The notes: generated by a model from the sequence alone, not told the origin. A DNA stretch of 64,000 nt from Chloroflexota bacterium (GCA_963662335.2 CAXXVD010000005.1:576001-640000), one strand, 5' to 3'; shown: positions 18,632-31,995, numbered from the stretch's first letter. Numbers and translations are program-made.

Positions 18632-18655
18632 GTAGCGCGGGGGCTTGTCCCCCGC
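18632..18655 (+). repeat. Single family A REP
   Basis: Exact GTAGCGCGGGGGCTTGTCCCCCGC. Confidence 0.9.
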
Positions 18656-18695
18656 CTCTTGGCGCGAATGACTGCCAATATCCCTGGCGCGGCGC

Positions 18696-21479
<2,784 letters not shown>

Positions 21480-21697
21480 CCAATCCCTCAATCCCGTGCC
21501 AATGCCTCGCAACAAACGCCAGAACTTCCATGTGTACTGAGTAGAGGATACTATATTTCATGACTTCCAACATGCGGCGCGCTAGCGGCCGGCGCTTCTT
21601 TGCGCAGCGTAGATCCCGGTTGAAACGGGCCTGTTGACGGAGTATAGTCTGGTCAAGGTGAGACGTACCAAGCCTTTCAAAGCACAAGGTGTCGTTC

Positions 21698-22525
21698 ATG
21701 CAACTCTCGCTCTCGGGCAGAATCGTCGAATCCGAGCACATCAAGACCAACTCGTCACTTGGCTTCACCGCATTTGCCGAATTGGCCGCGCGCGTGGGGT
21801 TCCACGCCGTGTGCGTGCGCGCCACCCACCTGAACAGCGCCACGCCGTTGGCGCGCGCGCGGGAGATGCGCGGCATCTTGGAACGGCACGGGCTGGTGGC
21901 GTCGATGGTCATGCTCGACTACCGCATCGCGAGCCAGGGAACCGCTCCCGACGCCGCCGCGCCGCTGCGCAACATTGGGCCAACGCTCGAACGCGCTACG
22001 GCAATCGGCGCTGACATGATCCGCGTGGCGGTCAAGAACGCGGCAGACATCCCCTGGGCGCAGCGCGCCGCGGATGAAGCGCGCGAGCACGGCATCCGGC
22101 TCGCCCACCAGAACCACACGCAGACTCCATTCGAGACGGTGGCCGAATGCGTGGAGATGTTTGCGCGCATCGACCGTCCCAACTTCGGCCTCATCGCCGA
22201 ACCGGCAAACTTCATGCTCTGCGGTGAAGACTACGGCGGGGAAGCGCTGAAACCCCTGGCCGCCTCAATCTTCAACGTCTATGTCCAGAATCTGAGCGTT
22301 TCGGATTCCGGTTCAGCTACCATAGAAACCAATCGCGGCCCCGTGCGCTACGAGCGTCTCGTCGTCGGCGATCCGGGCGGCGTCGACCTGGCGCGCTTCT
22401 GCGCTGGATTGCGCGCGATTGGTTACGACGGCTTCATTACCTCGAACCAGCCGGCAACCGAGGGGATTTCAGCCGAAGACTTGAGCAAGCGAGTGTATGC
22501 CGCCCTGGCCCGTTGCGCGCGCTAG
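21698..22525 (+). CDS. Sugar phosphate isomerase/epimerase (AP endonuclease 2 TIM barrel)
   Basis: ARVGFHAV, AADEA..GIRLAHQNH, IDRPNFGLI, GYDGFIT. Confidence 0.8.
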   Translation: MQLSLSGRIVESEHIKTNSSLGFTAFAELAARVGFHAVCVRATHLNSATPLARAREMRGILERHGLVASMVMLDYRIASQGTAPDAAAPLRNIGPTLERATAIGADMIRVAVKNAADIPWAQRAADEAREHGIRLAHQNHTQTPFETVAECVEMFARIDRPNFGLIAEPANFMLCGEDYGGEALKPLAASIFNVYVQNLSVSDSGSATIETNRGPVRYERLVVGDPGGVDLARFCAGLRAIGYDGFITSNQPATEGISAEDLSKRVYAALARCAR

Positions 22526-22647
22526 CGGGTAGCGCGCGGCGCGCGTGTACAGATGCCGCCAAGTAACGCTATACTAACGGCAACAGTCATACGTCGCAGT
22601 CAAGAGTTAAAGAGTCTACGCACTTCTCGAATTGGGAGGGACCTGCC

Positions 22648-23064
22648 ATGGCATCGACACTTGTCCACGTAGGCGTGCGCGCCAGCGACATCGACAAGAC
22701 GATTCGCTTCTGGCGCGACGCGCTCGGGCTGGAGGTGGTCAACGAACTCCACCACGGCTTCGATCTCAGCGACGGCTACCACAACTTTCGCGTCTTCCAG
22801 CATGATGGCCCGGAGCGCCCGGCGCACGTCTCCGGCATGTTGGACTACCTGCACATCGGCGTGAAAGTGGCGGACCTGGCGGCGGCGGCCACCCGGCTCG
22901 ACGACATGGGCTACGAGATCTTCTGGGAAGGCGTGAGCGAGGGCCAGGAATACTCGTATGACCCGTCCAAGCCGCCTTCCGGCTCGTTTAAGGTGGAAGA
23001 CCCGGACGGCATCGTGGTGGACGTGACCGCCAGCAGCGACCAGTGGCCGGGGGTAGAGCTTTGA
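22648..23064 (+). CDS. VOC (glyoxalase/bleomycin resistance) family protein
   Basis: HVGVRASDIDKTIRFWRDALGL, HIGVKV, EDPDG; GGGAGG RBS. Confidence 0.88.
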   Translation: MASTLVHVGVRASDIDKTIRFWRDALGLEVVNELHHGFDLSDGYHNFRVFQHDGPERPAHVSGMLDYLHIGVKVADLAAAATRLDDMGYEIFWEGVSEGQEYSYDPSKPPSGSFKVEDPDGIVVDVTASSDQWPGVEL

Positions 23065-24158
23065 GCACACCGTACCGGGTCGCCATCATCGGCACCGGCC
23101 GCATGGGCGGCCTCATCGAGGACGAGCAGGACATCCGTGGCTACATGACGCCCTACGGCCATTACTCCAGCTATGCGTCCATGCCGGAGACCACGGTAGT
23201 GGCGGTCGCCAATCGCGGCAAGGAGCGCCTGGAACGCTTCTGCAAGCGCTTCAACTTCAGCAACGCCTATCTCGATTACCGCGAGATGATCGAGAAAGAA
23301 AAGCCGGACATCGTCAGCGTTACGACGCCGTCGTTTGCCCGCGCCGAGCCGATCATTTTCTGTGCCGAAAACGGCGTGCGGGGCATTTTTGCGGAGAAAG
23401 GGCTGTGCGCGTCGCTGGCGGAAGCCGACCGCATCTATGAAGCGGTCACGCGCAATAACGTCGCCTTCAACTGGGGCACACAGCGGCGGCACCACGATGC
23501 CTACAAGCGCCTGCGCGCCGCCATACTCGACGGCGCCATCGGCCAGCCGCTGCACGCGATTGTGTACTATTGGACAGACATCATCAAGCACCACCCGCAC
23601 ACAATCGACGTCGCTAACATGATGCTGGGCGATCCCAAGCCGACGTGGGTCGAGGGCCGGTTAGTCGCTCCGAGCGACCCTCGCGTGAAAGGCAACGAAA
23701 AGGCATCGGCGCCCTATGATGCTGAGAAGCACGCCTTCGTGCCGTTGCCGGGCCAGGAAATCGCCGATCCCCAGGTGGACTTCTTCCGCATCGGCTACGA
23801 GACCGGGCAGGAAAGCTATTTCATTCCGACGCCGCGGTCATTTGACGTGGAAGTGCGCGGCACGGAGGGACGGGCGATTTCCTGGGACAACGGCATCAAC
23901 ACGCGCATACAGCGGCCGCTGCGGCGCGGTGTCGAATTGGAGGAGACGACTATCCATGCCTCCGGCGACGGGCCGTCGGTCACCAACATCCGCAATCTGA
24001 TTCGCGAGATTGAGACCGGCGAACGCACCGACGGCAACATCGACCGCGTCATGCAGACCGTGGAGCCGCAGTTTGGGATTGCGTATTCATCGCTGCAAGA
24101 TGGCGCGCGGGTCTCGCTGCCGGTGGCGGATAGGAGTCTGTATATCCCCGGCGGCTAG
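23061..24158 (+). CDS. Gfo/Idh/MocA family oxidoreductase
   Basis: TTG overlapping VOC stop; VAIIGTGRMG, EKPDIVSV, AEKG. Confidence 0.85.
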   Translation: MSTPYRVAIIGTGRMGGLIEDEQDIRGYMTPYGHYSSYASMPETTVVAVANRGKERLERFCKRFNFSNAYLDYREMIEKEKPDIVSVTTPSFARAEPIIFCAENGVRGIFAEKGLCASLAEADRIYEAVTRNNVAFNWGTQRRHHDAYKRLRAAILDGAIGQPLHAIVYYWTDIIKHHPHTIDVANMMLGDPKPTWVEGRLVAPSDPRVKGNEKASAPYDAEKHAFVPLPGQEIADPQVDFFRIGYETGQESYFIPTPRSFDVEVRGTEGRAISWDNGINTRIQRPLRRGVELEETTIHASGDGPSVTNIRNLIREIETGERTDGNIDRVMQTVEPQFGIAYSSLQDGARVSLPVADRSLYIPGG

Positions 24159-24177
24159 GGCCGGCGCAAGGGCGCGC

Positions 24178-24388
24178 CGTTCACCTTTCGACAAGCTCAA
24201 GGCGAACGGTAGGATGGGCCAAGCTCAAGGCGAACGGTTTGAGTCAATGCCCAATGGCCCGTCATTCCGAGCGTAGCGAGGAATCTAGTACCGACGAGGA
24301 CTCTTGGGCGTAGCGCGGGGGCTTGTCCCCCGCTTGGTTGACGTGTGTTTCCGCGCCGAAGATGGATTCCCGCTTTCGCGGGAATGAC
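24178..24388. repeat. Mixed repeat cluster (D x2 inverted, E, A, B inverted)
   Basis: CAAGCTCAAGGCGAACGGT twice; E 24261; A 24310; B ~24364-24388. Confidence 0.85.
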
Positions 24389-24489
24389 GGACTTCGCCAT
24401 ACGGCGCTGCGGGGATGACGGAGCGCGACGACGAATCCGGTCGACGTCTACGAGCGTGCGCAACTCAGCAAACACGAGGAGCAATAGAA

Positions 24490-25566
24490 ATGGCACAGAC
24501 GTACCGCGCGGCGCTGGTCGGCTGCAGCCGCATGGGGGCTTTCATCGACAATGAAATCACCGGCAACCGCTCGATACCGCTGCCCTATTCCCATGCCGCC
24601 GGCTATGAGGCCTGTCCGCGCACCGAATTGGTGGCGGGCGCCGACTTGCGCCCTGACGTGCTGCAGCAGTTCGGCGAACGGTACAACGTGGGCTCCGCTC
24701 ACTGGTACACCAACCACCAGGACCTCATCGCCAACGAACAGCCCGACATCCTCAGCATCGCCACCCAGCCGGAACCGCGCTGCGAGATCATCCTCCACGC
24801 CATCGAGCAGGGCGTGCGCGCGCTTTATGTCGAGAAGCCGCTGTGCGCCTCTGTCGCCGAGGCTGAGGCCATCCGCGACGCCGTGCGCGCCAACAACGTC
24901 GCCTTGAATATGGGCACGAACCGCCGCTGGCACGACGGCTTCCTGGCGATGCGCGCCAAGATTCACTCCGGCGAACTTGGCGAGTTGCGCACGCTCTTCA
25001 ACTTCCAGACGGGGAACTTCTTCAATACGTCAAGTCACTACTTCGATCTCCTGCTGTACCTCAACAACGATGCCAAGCCCGAGTGGGTCCAGGCCTATGT
25101 CTTCCAATTCGATGAACTTGTCGTGGGCACGGAAGTACTGGAAGACCCGGCGGGAACAGGCACCATCATGTTTGAGAACGGCGTCATTGGCTATGCGCTG
25201 GATAGTTCCAGACGCTCAGAGGTTGAGGCCGTTTGCGGCAAGGGCGTCATTACCGCCTTGAATAACGGTGTGGAGTTTCGCACCCGCATCCAAGACGCGG
25301 CGGCATTGGTGGACGGGCCAAACTTGGATAATCCACCGACAAGCGCAACCCTAAACCTCGTCAACGACATCGTCCACGCCCTCGACACCGGTGAGCCCAC
25401 CCGCGGCGGCGCGGAGGTGGCGTATTGGAACACCCAAATCATATTCGGCATGATCGAGTCGCATCGGCGCGGCGGCGCGCGTGTGGAACTCCCGCTGACA
25501 AACCATGACCTGCGCTTCATCCGCCGCGATCACGTGGCGCGCCAGCCGAAGTACGCGACGGGCTAA
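24490..25566 (+). CDS. Gfo/Idh/MocA family oxidoreductase (tandem copy 1)
   Basis: GAGGAG RBS; AALVGCSRMG, PYSHAAGY, VEKPLC; 358 aa. Confidence 0.9.
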   Translation: MAQTYRAALVGCSRMGAFIDNEITGNRSIPLPYSHAAGYEACPRTELVAGADLRPDVLQQFGERYNVGSAHWYTNHQDLIANEQPDILSIATQPEPRCEIILHAIEQGVRALYVEKPLCASVAEAEAIRDAVRANNVALNMGTNRRWHDGFLAMRAKIHSGELGELRTLFNFQTGNFFNTSSHYFDLLLYLNNDAKPEWVQAYVFQFDELVVGTEVLEDPAGTGTIMFENGVIGYALDSSRRSEVEAVCGKGVITALNNGVEFRTRIQDAAALVDGPNLDNPPTSATLNLVNDIVHALDTGEPTRGGAEVAYWNTQIIFGMIESHRRGGARVELPLTNHDLRFIRRDHVARQPKYATG

Positions 25567-25756
25567 AGCCGTGCAACCGGCCGTAGTCAATTCCCGCTGG
25601 AGCGGGAAACCCCGGCCGGTCTAGCGATACGCCGTTCAAACCTGATGGATAGCGTGGAAGGGAGGCTACCCTGTCGTGGGTCGGCTAGCAGTCGTTTACG
25701 GGCGCTGATCCACAACCGCCGGCACTGCGCCACTATATGTTTGAGGAGTTTCCACT

Positions 25757-26833
25757 ATGGCAAACACGTACCGCGCCGCACTTATCGGCTGCAGCCGCAT
25801 GGGAGCGTTCATCGACAATGAACACCAAGGCTATCGCCCGATACCGCTGCCGTATTCCCATGCCGCCGGCTATGAGGCCTGTCCGCGCACCGCTCTCGTG
25901 GCGGGGGCCGAACTCCGACCGGAAGTGCTGGAGAAGTTTGGCGAACGCTACAACGTGGGTCCCGACCACAGGTACACCAACTATCGCGACCTCATAGCGA
26001 ACGAACAGCCGGACATTCTCAGCATCGCCACCCAGCCGGAGCAGCGCTGCGAGATCATCCTCCACGCCATCGAGGCGGGAATCCGCGCGCTGTATGTTGA
26101 GAAGCCCCTCTGTGCCTCGGTCGCGGAGGCGGAAGCCATCCGCGATGCCGTGAACGCCAACAACGTCGCCTTCAACATGGGCGCCAACCGGCGCTGGCAC
26201 AATGGCTTCGCGGCAATGCATGACAAGATTCACTCCGGCGATTTCGGCGAGTTGCGCACACTCATAAACTACTGTACCGGTTCTTTCTTCAATGGGTTCA
26301 CTCACTCCATTGACCTCTTCATGTTCCTCAATAACGACGTGACACCGCAATGGGTACAGGCCTATGTCTTTCAATTCGATGAGCTCGTTGTAGGCGCCGA
26401 AGTGCTGGAAGACCCGGCGGGCACCGGCACCATAATGTTTGAAAACGGGGTCTTCGGCTATGGGTTGGTTAGTCCCAGACGCGCCGAGGTCGAGGCGGTC
26501 TGCGACAGCGGCATGATCGAGGCGTTGGACAACGGCGTGGAGTTTCGTACGCGCAGCAAGGTCATGGATTCATCGGAGGACGGGCCGAACCTCGCATACG
26601 AGCGGAAGAGTTCGACGCTGCTCCTCATTGAAGATCTAGTCCACGCGCTCGACACGGGCAAGCCGACCCGCGGCGGTGCGGAGGTGGCGTATTGGAATAC
26701 CCAGGTTATCTTTGGCATGATCGAATCGCACCGGCGCGGCGGCGCGCGGGTGGAGCTGCCCCTCACCAATCACGATTTACGCTTCATCCGCCATGATCGC
26801 GCCGCTAGCCAACCGACGTACGAGCCTATCTAG
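25757..26833 (+). CDS. Gfo/Idh/MocA family oxidoreductase (tandem copy 2)
   Basis: Close paralog of 24490-25566, also 358 aa. Confidence 0.9.
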   Translation: MANTYRAALIGCSRMGAFIDNEHQGYRPIPLPYSHAAGYEACPRTALVAGAELRPEVLEKFGERYNVGPDHRYTNYRDLIANEQPDILSIATQPEQRCEIILHAIEAGIRALYVEKPLCASVAEAEAIRDAVNANNVAFNMGANRRWHNGFAAMHDKIHSGDFGELRTLINYCTGSFFNGFTHSIDLFMFLNNDVTPQWVQAYVFQFDELVVGAEVLEDPAGTGTIMFENGVFGYGLVSPRRAEVEAVCDSGMIEALDNGVEFRTRSKVMDSSEDGPNLAYERKSSTLLLIEDLVHALDTGKPTRGGAEVAYWNTQVIFGMIESHRRGGARVELPLTNHDLRFIRHDRAASQPTYEPI

Positions 26834-26930
26834 CGGTAGTTTAGTTGCAACCTACCAGGGACCGGACAGCGACTAGAGCGCCGGTTCAGTGTGACGACAA
26901 GTCTCATCGAAGCGAAAGGCGTTAAGGAAC

Positions 26931-27908
26931 ATGGCTGACATGATGTGGCGGGTTGGCAAGCATGAGGGTTTGGGCAACATCGTGATGGAGCAGGCGCCCA
27001 TTCCCGAACTCGGCCCCACAGAGGTGCTCGTGCGCGTCCATCGGAGCCTTATCAGCCGCGGCTCGGAGTTGTGGAGACGCTACGTCATGCCCGGGCCGGT
27101 GGACCACCGTAGTATGGGATATTCGACGGCGGGCGTCGTAGAGAAAGTGGGCAGTGAGGTGACCCGGTTTGCGCCCGGGGACCGCGTTTCCTGCACGGCG
27201 CCTCACGCGGAATATGCAGTTGGCGACGCGAGCGACGGCGCAAAGCGGCGGGTGGTGCATCTCCCGGACGACGTGCCGTTTGTCGACGGGACGTTTCAGC
27301 CCCTCGTCACGAGTTCCATTGGCTGGACCGCCGCCGCCGGCATTCAGCCGCAACACACGGTGGTAATTTTGGGCCTCGGCTTGGTGGGCAATCTCGTCAT
27401 GCAAGCCGCGACCCGGTTCTTGCCGGCCCAACTCTGCGGCATCGACATGCTGCCGATTCGCCGCAGACTGGCTGAAGAGCGGAACATGGGAACTATCATC
27501 GATGGCGCCGCGCGCGATCCGGTGGAGTCGGTACTGGAACTCACGGACGGCCAGGGCGCGGACATTGTCATCGACTGCGTGGGCGGCCGCGCGGGCGTCA
27601 AGTCGTTTGCGCAAGCCCAGGATATGCTCGTTGCCGGCGGCTTGCTACAGATTATCGGCCTCTACCACGACGCCCCGTTGCCGCTGGACGCCTCCAAGAT
27701 GCAACGCAAGCGCCTGATTGGCGGGTATCTGATGGATACCGACGTGGACGCCAATGCCCGCGCGGCTATGGAGGCGCTCTCCAACGGCCTTGAGCAAGTA
27801 GCGCCGCTTGTTACCCATCGCTTCCCGGGCAATCAGGCGAAAGCAGCCTTCGACCTGCTCTACGAACACCCTGAAGACGCCATGGGCGTCATTCTGGAGT
27901 GGACGTAG
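26931..27908 (+). CDS. MDR-superfamily (zinc-binding ADH-like) dehydrogenase, copy 1
   Basis: EVLVRV..SLISRGSE, GYS..G.VEKVGSEVT.F.PGDRV, GLGLVG. Confidence 0.88.
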   Translation: MADMMWRVGKHEGLGNIVMEQAPIPELGPTEVLVRVHRSLISRGSELWRRYVMPGPVDHRSMGYSTAGVVEKVGSEVTRFAPGDRVSCTAPHAEYAVGDASDGAKRRVVHLPDDVPFVDGTFQPLVTSSIGWTAAAGIQPQHTVVILGLGLVGNLVMQAATRFLPAQLCGIDMLPIRRRLAEERNMGTIIDGAARDPVESVLELTDGQGADIVIDCVGGRAGVKSFAQAQDMLVAGGLLQIIGLYHDAPLPLDASKMQRKRLIGGYLMDTDVDANARAAMEALSNGLEQVAPLVTHRFPGNQAKAAFDLLYEHPEDAMGVILEWT

Positions 27909-27938
27909 TTGGCAAGAGACCGGTTGTGCGTTGGCTCC

Positions 27939-28052
27939 GGTAACGCAGATTTGCAACCTGCGAACCGAGATCTGCCATTGCTCCGGTAGCGCAGGTTTGC
28001 AACCTGCGCATCAAGCCCTGCGGTCGCCTTCGATGGCGCAGACTTGCAACCC
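27939..28052 (+). repeat. Three family C REP units (two degenerate)
   Basis: GGTAACGCAGATTTGCAACCTGCG, GGTAGCGCAGGTTTGCAACCTGCG, GGCGCAGACTTGCAACC. Confidence 0.8.
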
Positions 28053-28291
28053 GGAGAAGCGCCCTCACTCTAACCCTTGCCCTTGAGAGGCCTTTGCGCA
28101 ACCCAATCCCCATGATGGCGGAAGGCCGGGAATGGATTGGACGGGATTGACAATATGCTAGCTGGTAGTGTAATCGCTCCCCTGGATTCGCGGGAATGAT
28201 GGCCATGCCCTCTTGCCTTCCCACTTCCAATTCCGCAGAGCGAGAATTAGCAGTCGCATTGTGCTTCACGTAACTAGAGGATGGGATAGCG

Positions 28292-29269
28292 ATGTCTGAC
28301 ATGATGTGGCGAGTCGCCAAACATGAAGGTCTGGGCAATATCGTGATGGAGCAGGTGCCCATACCGGATCTCGGCCCTAATGAGGTGCTCGTGCGCGTCC
28401 GTGCGAGCCTCATCAGCCGCGGCTCGGAACTCTGGAAGCGCTACGTCAGCCCCGAGCCGATCGATCCCGGCAGGATGGGGTATTCAACCGCGGGCGTCAT
28501 AGAGAAAGTGGGCAGCGAAGTCACCTGGTTTGCGCCCGGCGATCGCGTCTCCTGCGCCGCACCCCACGCCGAATATGCTGTTGAGGAGGCTAGGGTTGCC
28601 ATCAGCAGGCGCTTGACGCGGTTGCCGGATGACGTGCCTTTTGTCGACGGCGCCTTTCAGGTTCTCGCCACGAGTTCCCTTGGCTGGACTGCCGCCGCCG
28701 GCATTCAGCCTCAGCACACGGTGGTGATTCTGGGTCTTGGCTTGGTCGGCAACCTTGTCATGCAGGCCGCGGCCCGCTTCATGCCCGCGCAACTGTGCGG
28801 CGTAGACATGCTGCCCATTCGCCGCAGGCTAATGGAACAGTTCAATGTAGGCGAGGTGATTGACGGCGCCGCGCGCGATCCGGTGGAGTCAATCATGGAA
28901 CGCACGGATGGGATGGGCGCTGACATCGTCATCGACTGCGTGGGCGGACGCGCCGGCGTCAAGTCGTTTGCGCAAGCCCAGGATATGCTCGTTGCCGGCG
29001 GCTTATTGCAGATTATCGGCCTCTACCACGACGGCCCGTTGCCGCTGGACGCCTCCAAAATACAGGGCAGGCGCCTGCTTGGCGGCCATTTGCCGGACAC
29101 CGACGTGGACGCCGTGGCCCGTGCCACAATGGAGGCCCTTTCCAGCGGTCTAATTCGGGTCGCACCGCTTGTTACCCATCACTTCCCGGGTAGCCAGGCG
29201 AAAGAGGCGTTCGATCTGCTCTACGAACACCCAGAAGACGCTATGGGCGTGATTCTGGATTGGACGTAA
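28292..29269 (+). CDS. MDR-superfamily dehydrogenase, copy 2
   Basis: Close paralog of 26931-27908, also 325 aa. Confidence 0.88.
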   Translation: MSDMMWRVAKHEGLGNIVMEQVPIPDLGPNEVLVRVRASLISRGSELWKRYVSPEPIDPGRMGYSTAGVIEKVGSEVTWFAPGDRVSCAAPHAEYAVEEARVAISRRLTRLPDDVPFVDGAFQVLATSSLGWTAAAGIQPQHTVVILGLGLVGNLVMQAAARFMPAQLCGVDMLPIRRRLMEQFNVGEVIDGAARDPVESIMERTDGMGADIVIDCVGGRAGVKSFAQAQDMLVAGGLLQIIGLYHDGPLPLDASKIQGRRLLGGHLPDTDVDAVARATMEALSSGLIRVAPLVTHHFPGSQAKEAFDLLYEHPEDAMGVILDWT

Positions 29270-29299
29270 GGGCAAGCGAGCCGACCTTGCCAAAACTCC

Positions 29300-29552
29300 G
29301 GTAGCGCAGGTTTGCAACCTGCGCCGGGAAGCAATGGCCCCGGTCGTTGAATTGCACCAAACTACGCGGAGACGCGACCCAGCCGGCCTGGCCGGATTTC
29401 CGGTAGCGCAGGACACAGGCTGCAAACCGCCGCTACCGGTGAGGCGCATGACTCAGGTTGCATACCTGCGCTACCGATGAAACGAAGGACGCAGGTTGCA
29501 AACCTGCGCTACCGGGGAGCAGAACCGACGCAGGTTGCAAACCTCCGCTACC
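29300..29552. repeat. Family C REP cluster between convergent genes
   Basis: Forward 29300, 29402; inverted ~29454, 29490, 29529. Confidence 0.85.
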
Positions 29553-29573
29553 AGAGAATAAAGGCCGCGCGGC

Positions 29574-30765
29574 CTAGCGTCCCGCCAGCGCCCGCGCGCC
29601 CGGCATTGCCGCCGCGATCCGCTCCGCCGCCGCCATCAGATTCTCCAGCGAATTGGCAAAGGAGAAGCGCACGTAGCCCTCGCCGCCCGCGCCAAAGCCC
29701 GTGCCGGCCAGCGACGCCACGCCCGCCTCCTCCAGCCAGTAGCGTTCCAGTTGCGCCGACCCGACGCCAAGTTCCTTGACGTTGCAGAAGGCGTAGAACG
29801 CGCCCTGGGGCACAAGGCAGGAGAGGCCATCGATTCTGTTGAGCGCGCCGATGAAGGCGTCCCGGCGGCGGCGAAACTCCGCCACCATCGCGTCCACCGA
29901 ATCCTGCGGGCCGGTGAGCGCCTCGATGCCGGCCATCTGCGTAAACGTAGCCGTGCACGACGTGGCGTTATTGAAGATCAGTCCGACCTTCTCCGCCAGC
30001 GGCGCCGGCATCACGCCGTAGCCCAACCGCCAGCCGGTCATGGCGTACGTCTTGGAGTGGCCGTCAAGCAGGATGGTCTGTTCCTGCATTCCCGGATGCT
30101 CCAGGATGGAAGCGTGGCCGCCCGCGTAGATGATGCGGTTGTAGATTTCGTCGCTCAGCACCCAGATCGGCTTGCCGCGCACCATGTCGGCAATCGCCCC
30201 CAACTCGTCCGCCGTAAAGACGCCGCCGGTGGGATTGTGCGGCGCGTTCAAGATGATGAGCCGGGTCTTATCGGTGATGCAGTCGCGCAATTCGTCCAGG
30301 TCCCAGCGGAACTGCCGCTCCTCATAGAGGGTGAGCGGCACCCGCTTGGCGCCGGCAAAGCGCAGCATCGAGTCGTACGTGGGAAAACCGGGGTCCGGGT
30401 AGATCGCCTCGTCGCCCGGGTTGACCGTGGCCAGGATGCCGGCGAAGATGATCGGCTTCGCCCCTGGCGTCACCACCACGTTCTCCGGCGTCGTCGCCAC
30501 GCCCCAGCCCTGCTGCACGTAGCGCGCGATGGCTTCGCGGCACGGCATCAGGCCGGGCGTGGGGCCGTAGCCCGTGTGGCCGTCCCGCAAGGCCCGCGCG
30601 CCGGCTTCCACGATGTTCTGTGGCGTGGGAAAGTCCGGGCTCGCCGATTTCCAGGTGGATGACGTCTTTGCCGGCCGCTTCCAGTTGGCGGGCGCGCGCC
30701 AGCACGGCAAAGGCCGACTCGCCTCTGAGCAATTCGGTACGCGCGGCAATGTTCGGCACGACCAT
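29574..30765 (-). pseudogene. PLP-dependent class I (aspartate-type) aminotransferase with +1 frameshift near codon 43
   Basis: N-terminus ..VIHLEIGEP in one frame, DFPTP..SDEIY..SKTYAMTGWRLG in another; one extra base at ~30635-30640. Confidence 0.8.
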
Positions 30766-30796
30766 CTATTCGCTCCTTCTTAGTCCTCTCTCCCCC

Positions 30797-30885
30797 AGTT
30801 GACAGGGGTATGTACATGTCATTCCGAGCGCAGCGAGGAATCTAAAGATGCTGAGTCGACGTTAGAATACATACCCCTGCCAGCC
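30797..30885. mobile_element. MITE-2-related element inserted in an F repeat
   Basis: AGTTGACAGGGGTATGTA...TACATACCCCTGCCAGCC inverted ends; internal E repeat at 30818. Confidence 0.6.
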
Positions 30886-31017
30886 TCTTCCCAGGAAGAG
30901 GGCTAGGGTGAGGGGAAGGACTCCTAGCCCAATTGTACTTATTCTCTCCCGCCGCGCCAACACTGTGCTAGACTCGCCCTGCGCGGCCTACGGCATTGCA
31001 ACGAAGAGGAAGAACAG

Positions 31018-31977
31018 ATGGCGATCACAACGTTGCCTCACGACCCCAGAATCTACCGCATTACGGCCATTTGGAACTGGGACAGCATCGTCGAACTCTA
31101 CTTCATCGACGCGCCCACCCGGGCGCTCATCGACACCGGCGCGTCCGACACGCCGCAGGCGTACGTCGCGCCCGCGCTGCGGTCGCTGGGCCTGCAACTC
31201 AGCGACATCGACGTCGTCTTGAATACCCACGGGCACCAGGACCACGCCGGCGGCAACCACGCGCTGCTTGCCCAAACAGACGCGCAGGTCTACATGCACC
31301 GCGAGGACGCCTTCATGGTCGAAAACCTGGACGCCCACGCGGCGTACATCTGGCACGCGGACGAGCATGAGCTTGGCCTTGACCTCACCGCGCGCCGCGC
31401 CCAATTCATGCGCACGTTCACCGGCCCCTCGGCGGTGAACCGCAAACTGGAAGACAACGAGGTCGTAGACCTCGGCGACGACGTGCAACTCCGCGTCGTG
31501 CACCTGCCCGGCCACTCGCCCGGCAGCGTCGCCTATCATTGGCAGGAGAAGGACATCGCGTTCGTTGGCGACGCCGTGCAGGGACTCGGCAGCAAGCCAG
31601 GCACGTTTCCCCTCTACTATTCCGCGCGCCGCTACGAACAGTCTATGCGGCGGTTAGCGTCACTGGGCATTGACACCCTGGCGCTGGCGCACCGCTATCT
31701 GTGGTCGCAGGAATCCCGCGACGCTCTGCGCGGCGGCGAGGCTGCGGAGCAAACAGTGCGAGACAGCCTCGACGTCGGTCAGATGATCGACCGCGCCGTC
31801 CAAGAGGCGCTCAAGGCGCACGGGGGCGCGGACTTCTGCACGATAGCGCAAGCGGCAACGCGGACGCTGGCAGCCGAGATGCCCTTCAGCGTCGAGCCCC
31901 GCACCGGCCTGCCCACCGGCCTGCCGGCTACGCTCTACGCCCACTACACGGAACACGCGGCAGACCCGGCGCGGTAG
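31018..31977 (+). CDS. MBL-fold metallo-hydrolase
   Basis: LIDTG, THGHQDHAGG, PGHSPG, GDA. Confidence 0.9.
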   Translation: MAITTLPHDPRIYRITAIWNWDSIVELYFIDAPTRALIDTGASDTPQAYVAPALRSLGLQLSDIDVVLNTHGHQDHAGGNHALLAQTDAQVYMHREDAFMVENLDAHAAYIWHADEHELGLDLTARRAQFMRTFTGPSAVNRKLEDNEVVDLGDDVQLRVVHLPGHSPGSVAYHWQEKDIAFVGDAVQGLGSKPGTFPLYYSARRYEQSMRRLASLGIDTLALAHRYLWSQESRDALRGGEAAEQTVRDSLDVGQMIDRAVQEALKAHGGADFCTIAQAATRTLAAEMPFSVEPRTGLPTGLPATLYAHYTEHAADPAR

Positions 31978-31995
31978 CCGCGGCGCGGCCGGCGC

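Noticed and set aside
25576-25620. Possible ncRNA hairpin between the Gfo paralogs
   Set aside because: Looks like a degenerate B-type palindrome or terminator; no known RNA motif recognised
29300-29552. CRISPR-like repeat run
   Set aside because: Mixed orientation and irregular short spacers; family C REPs
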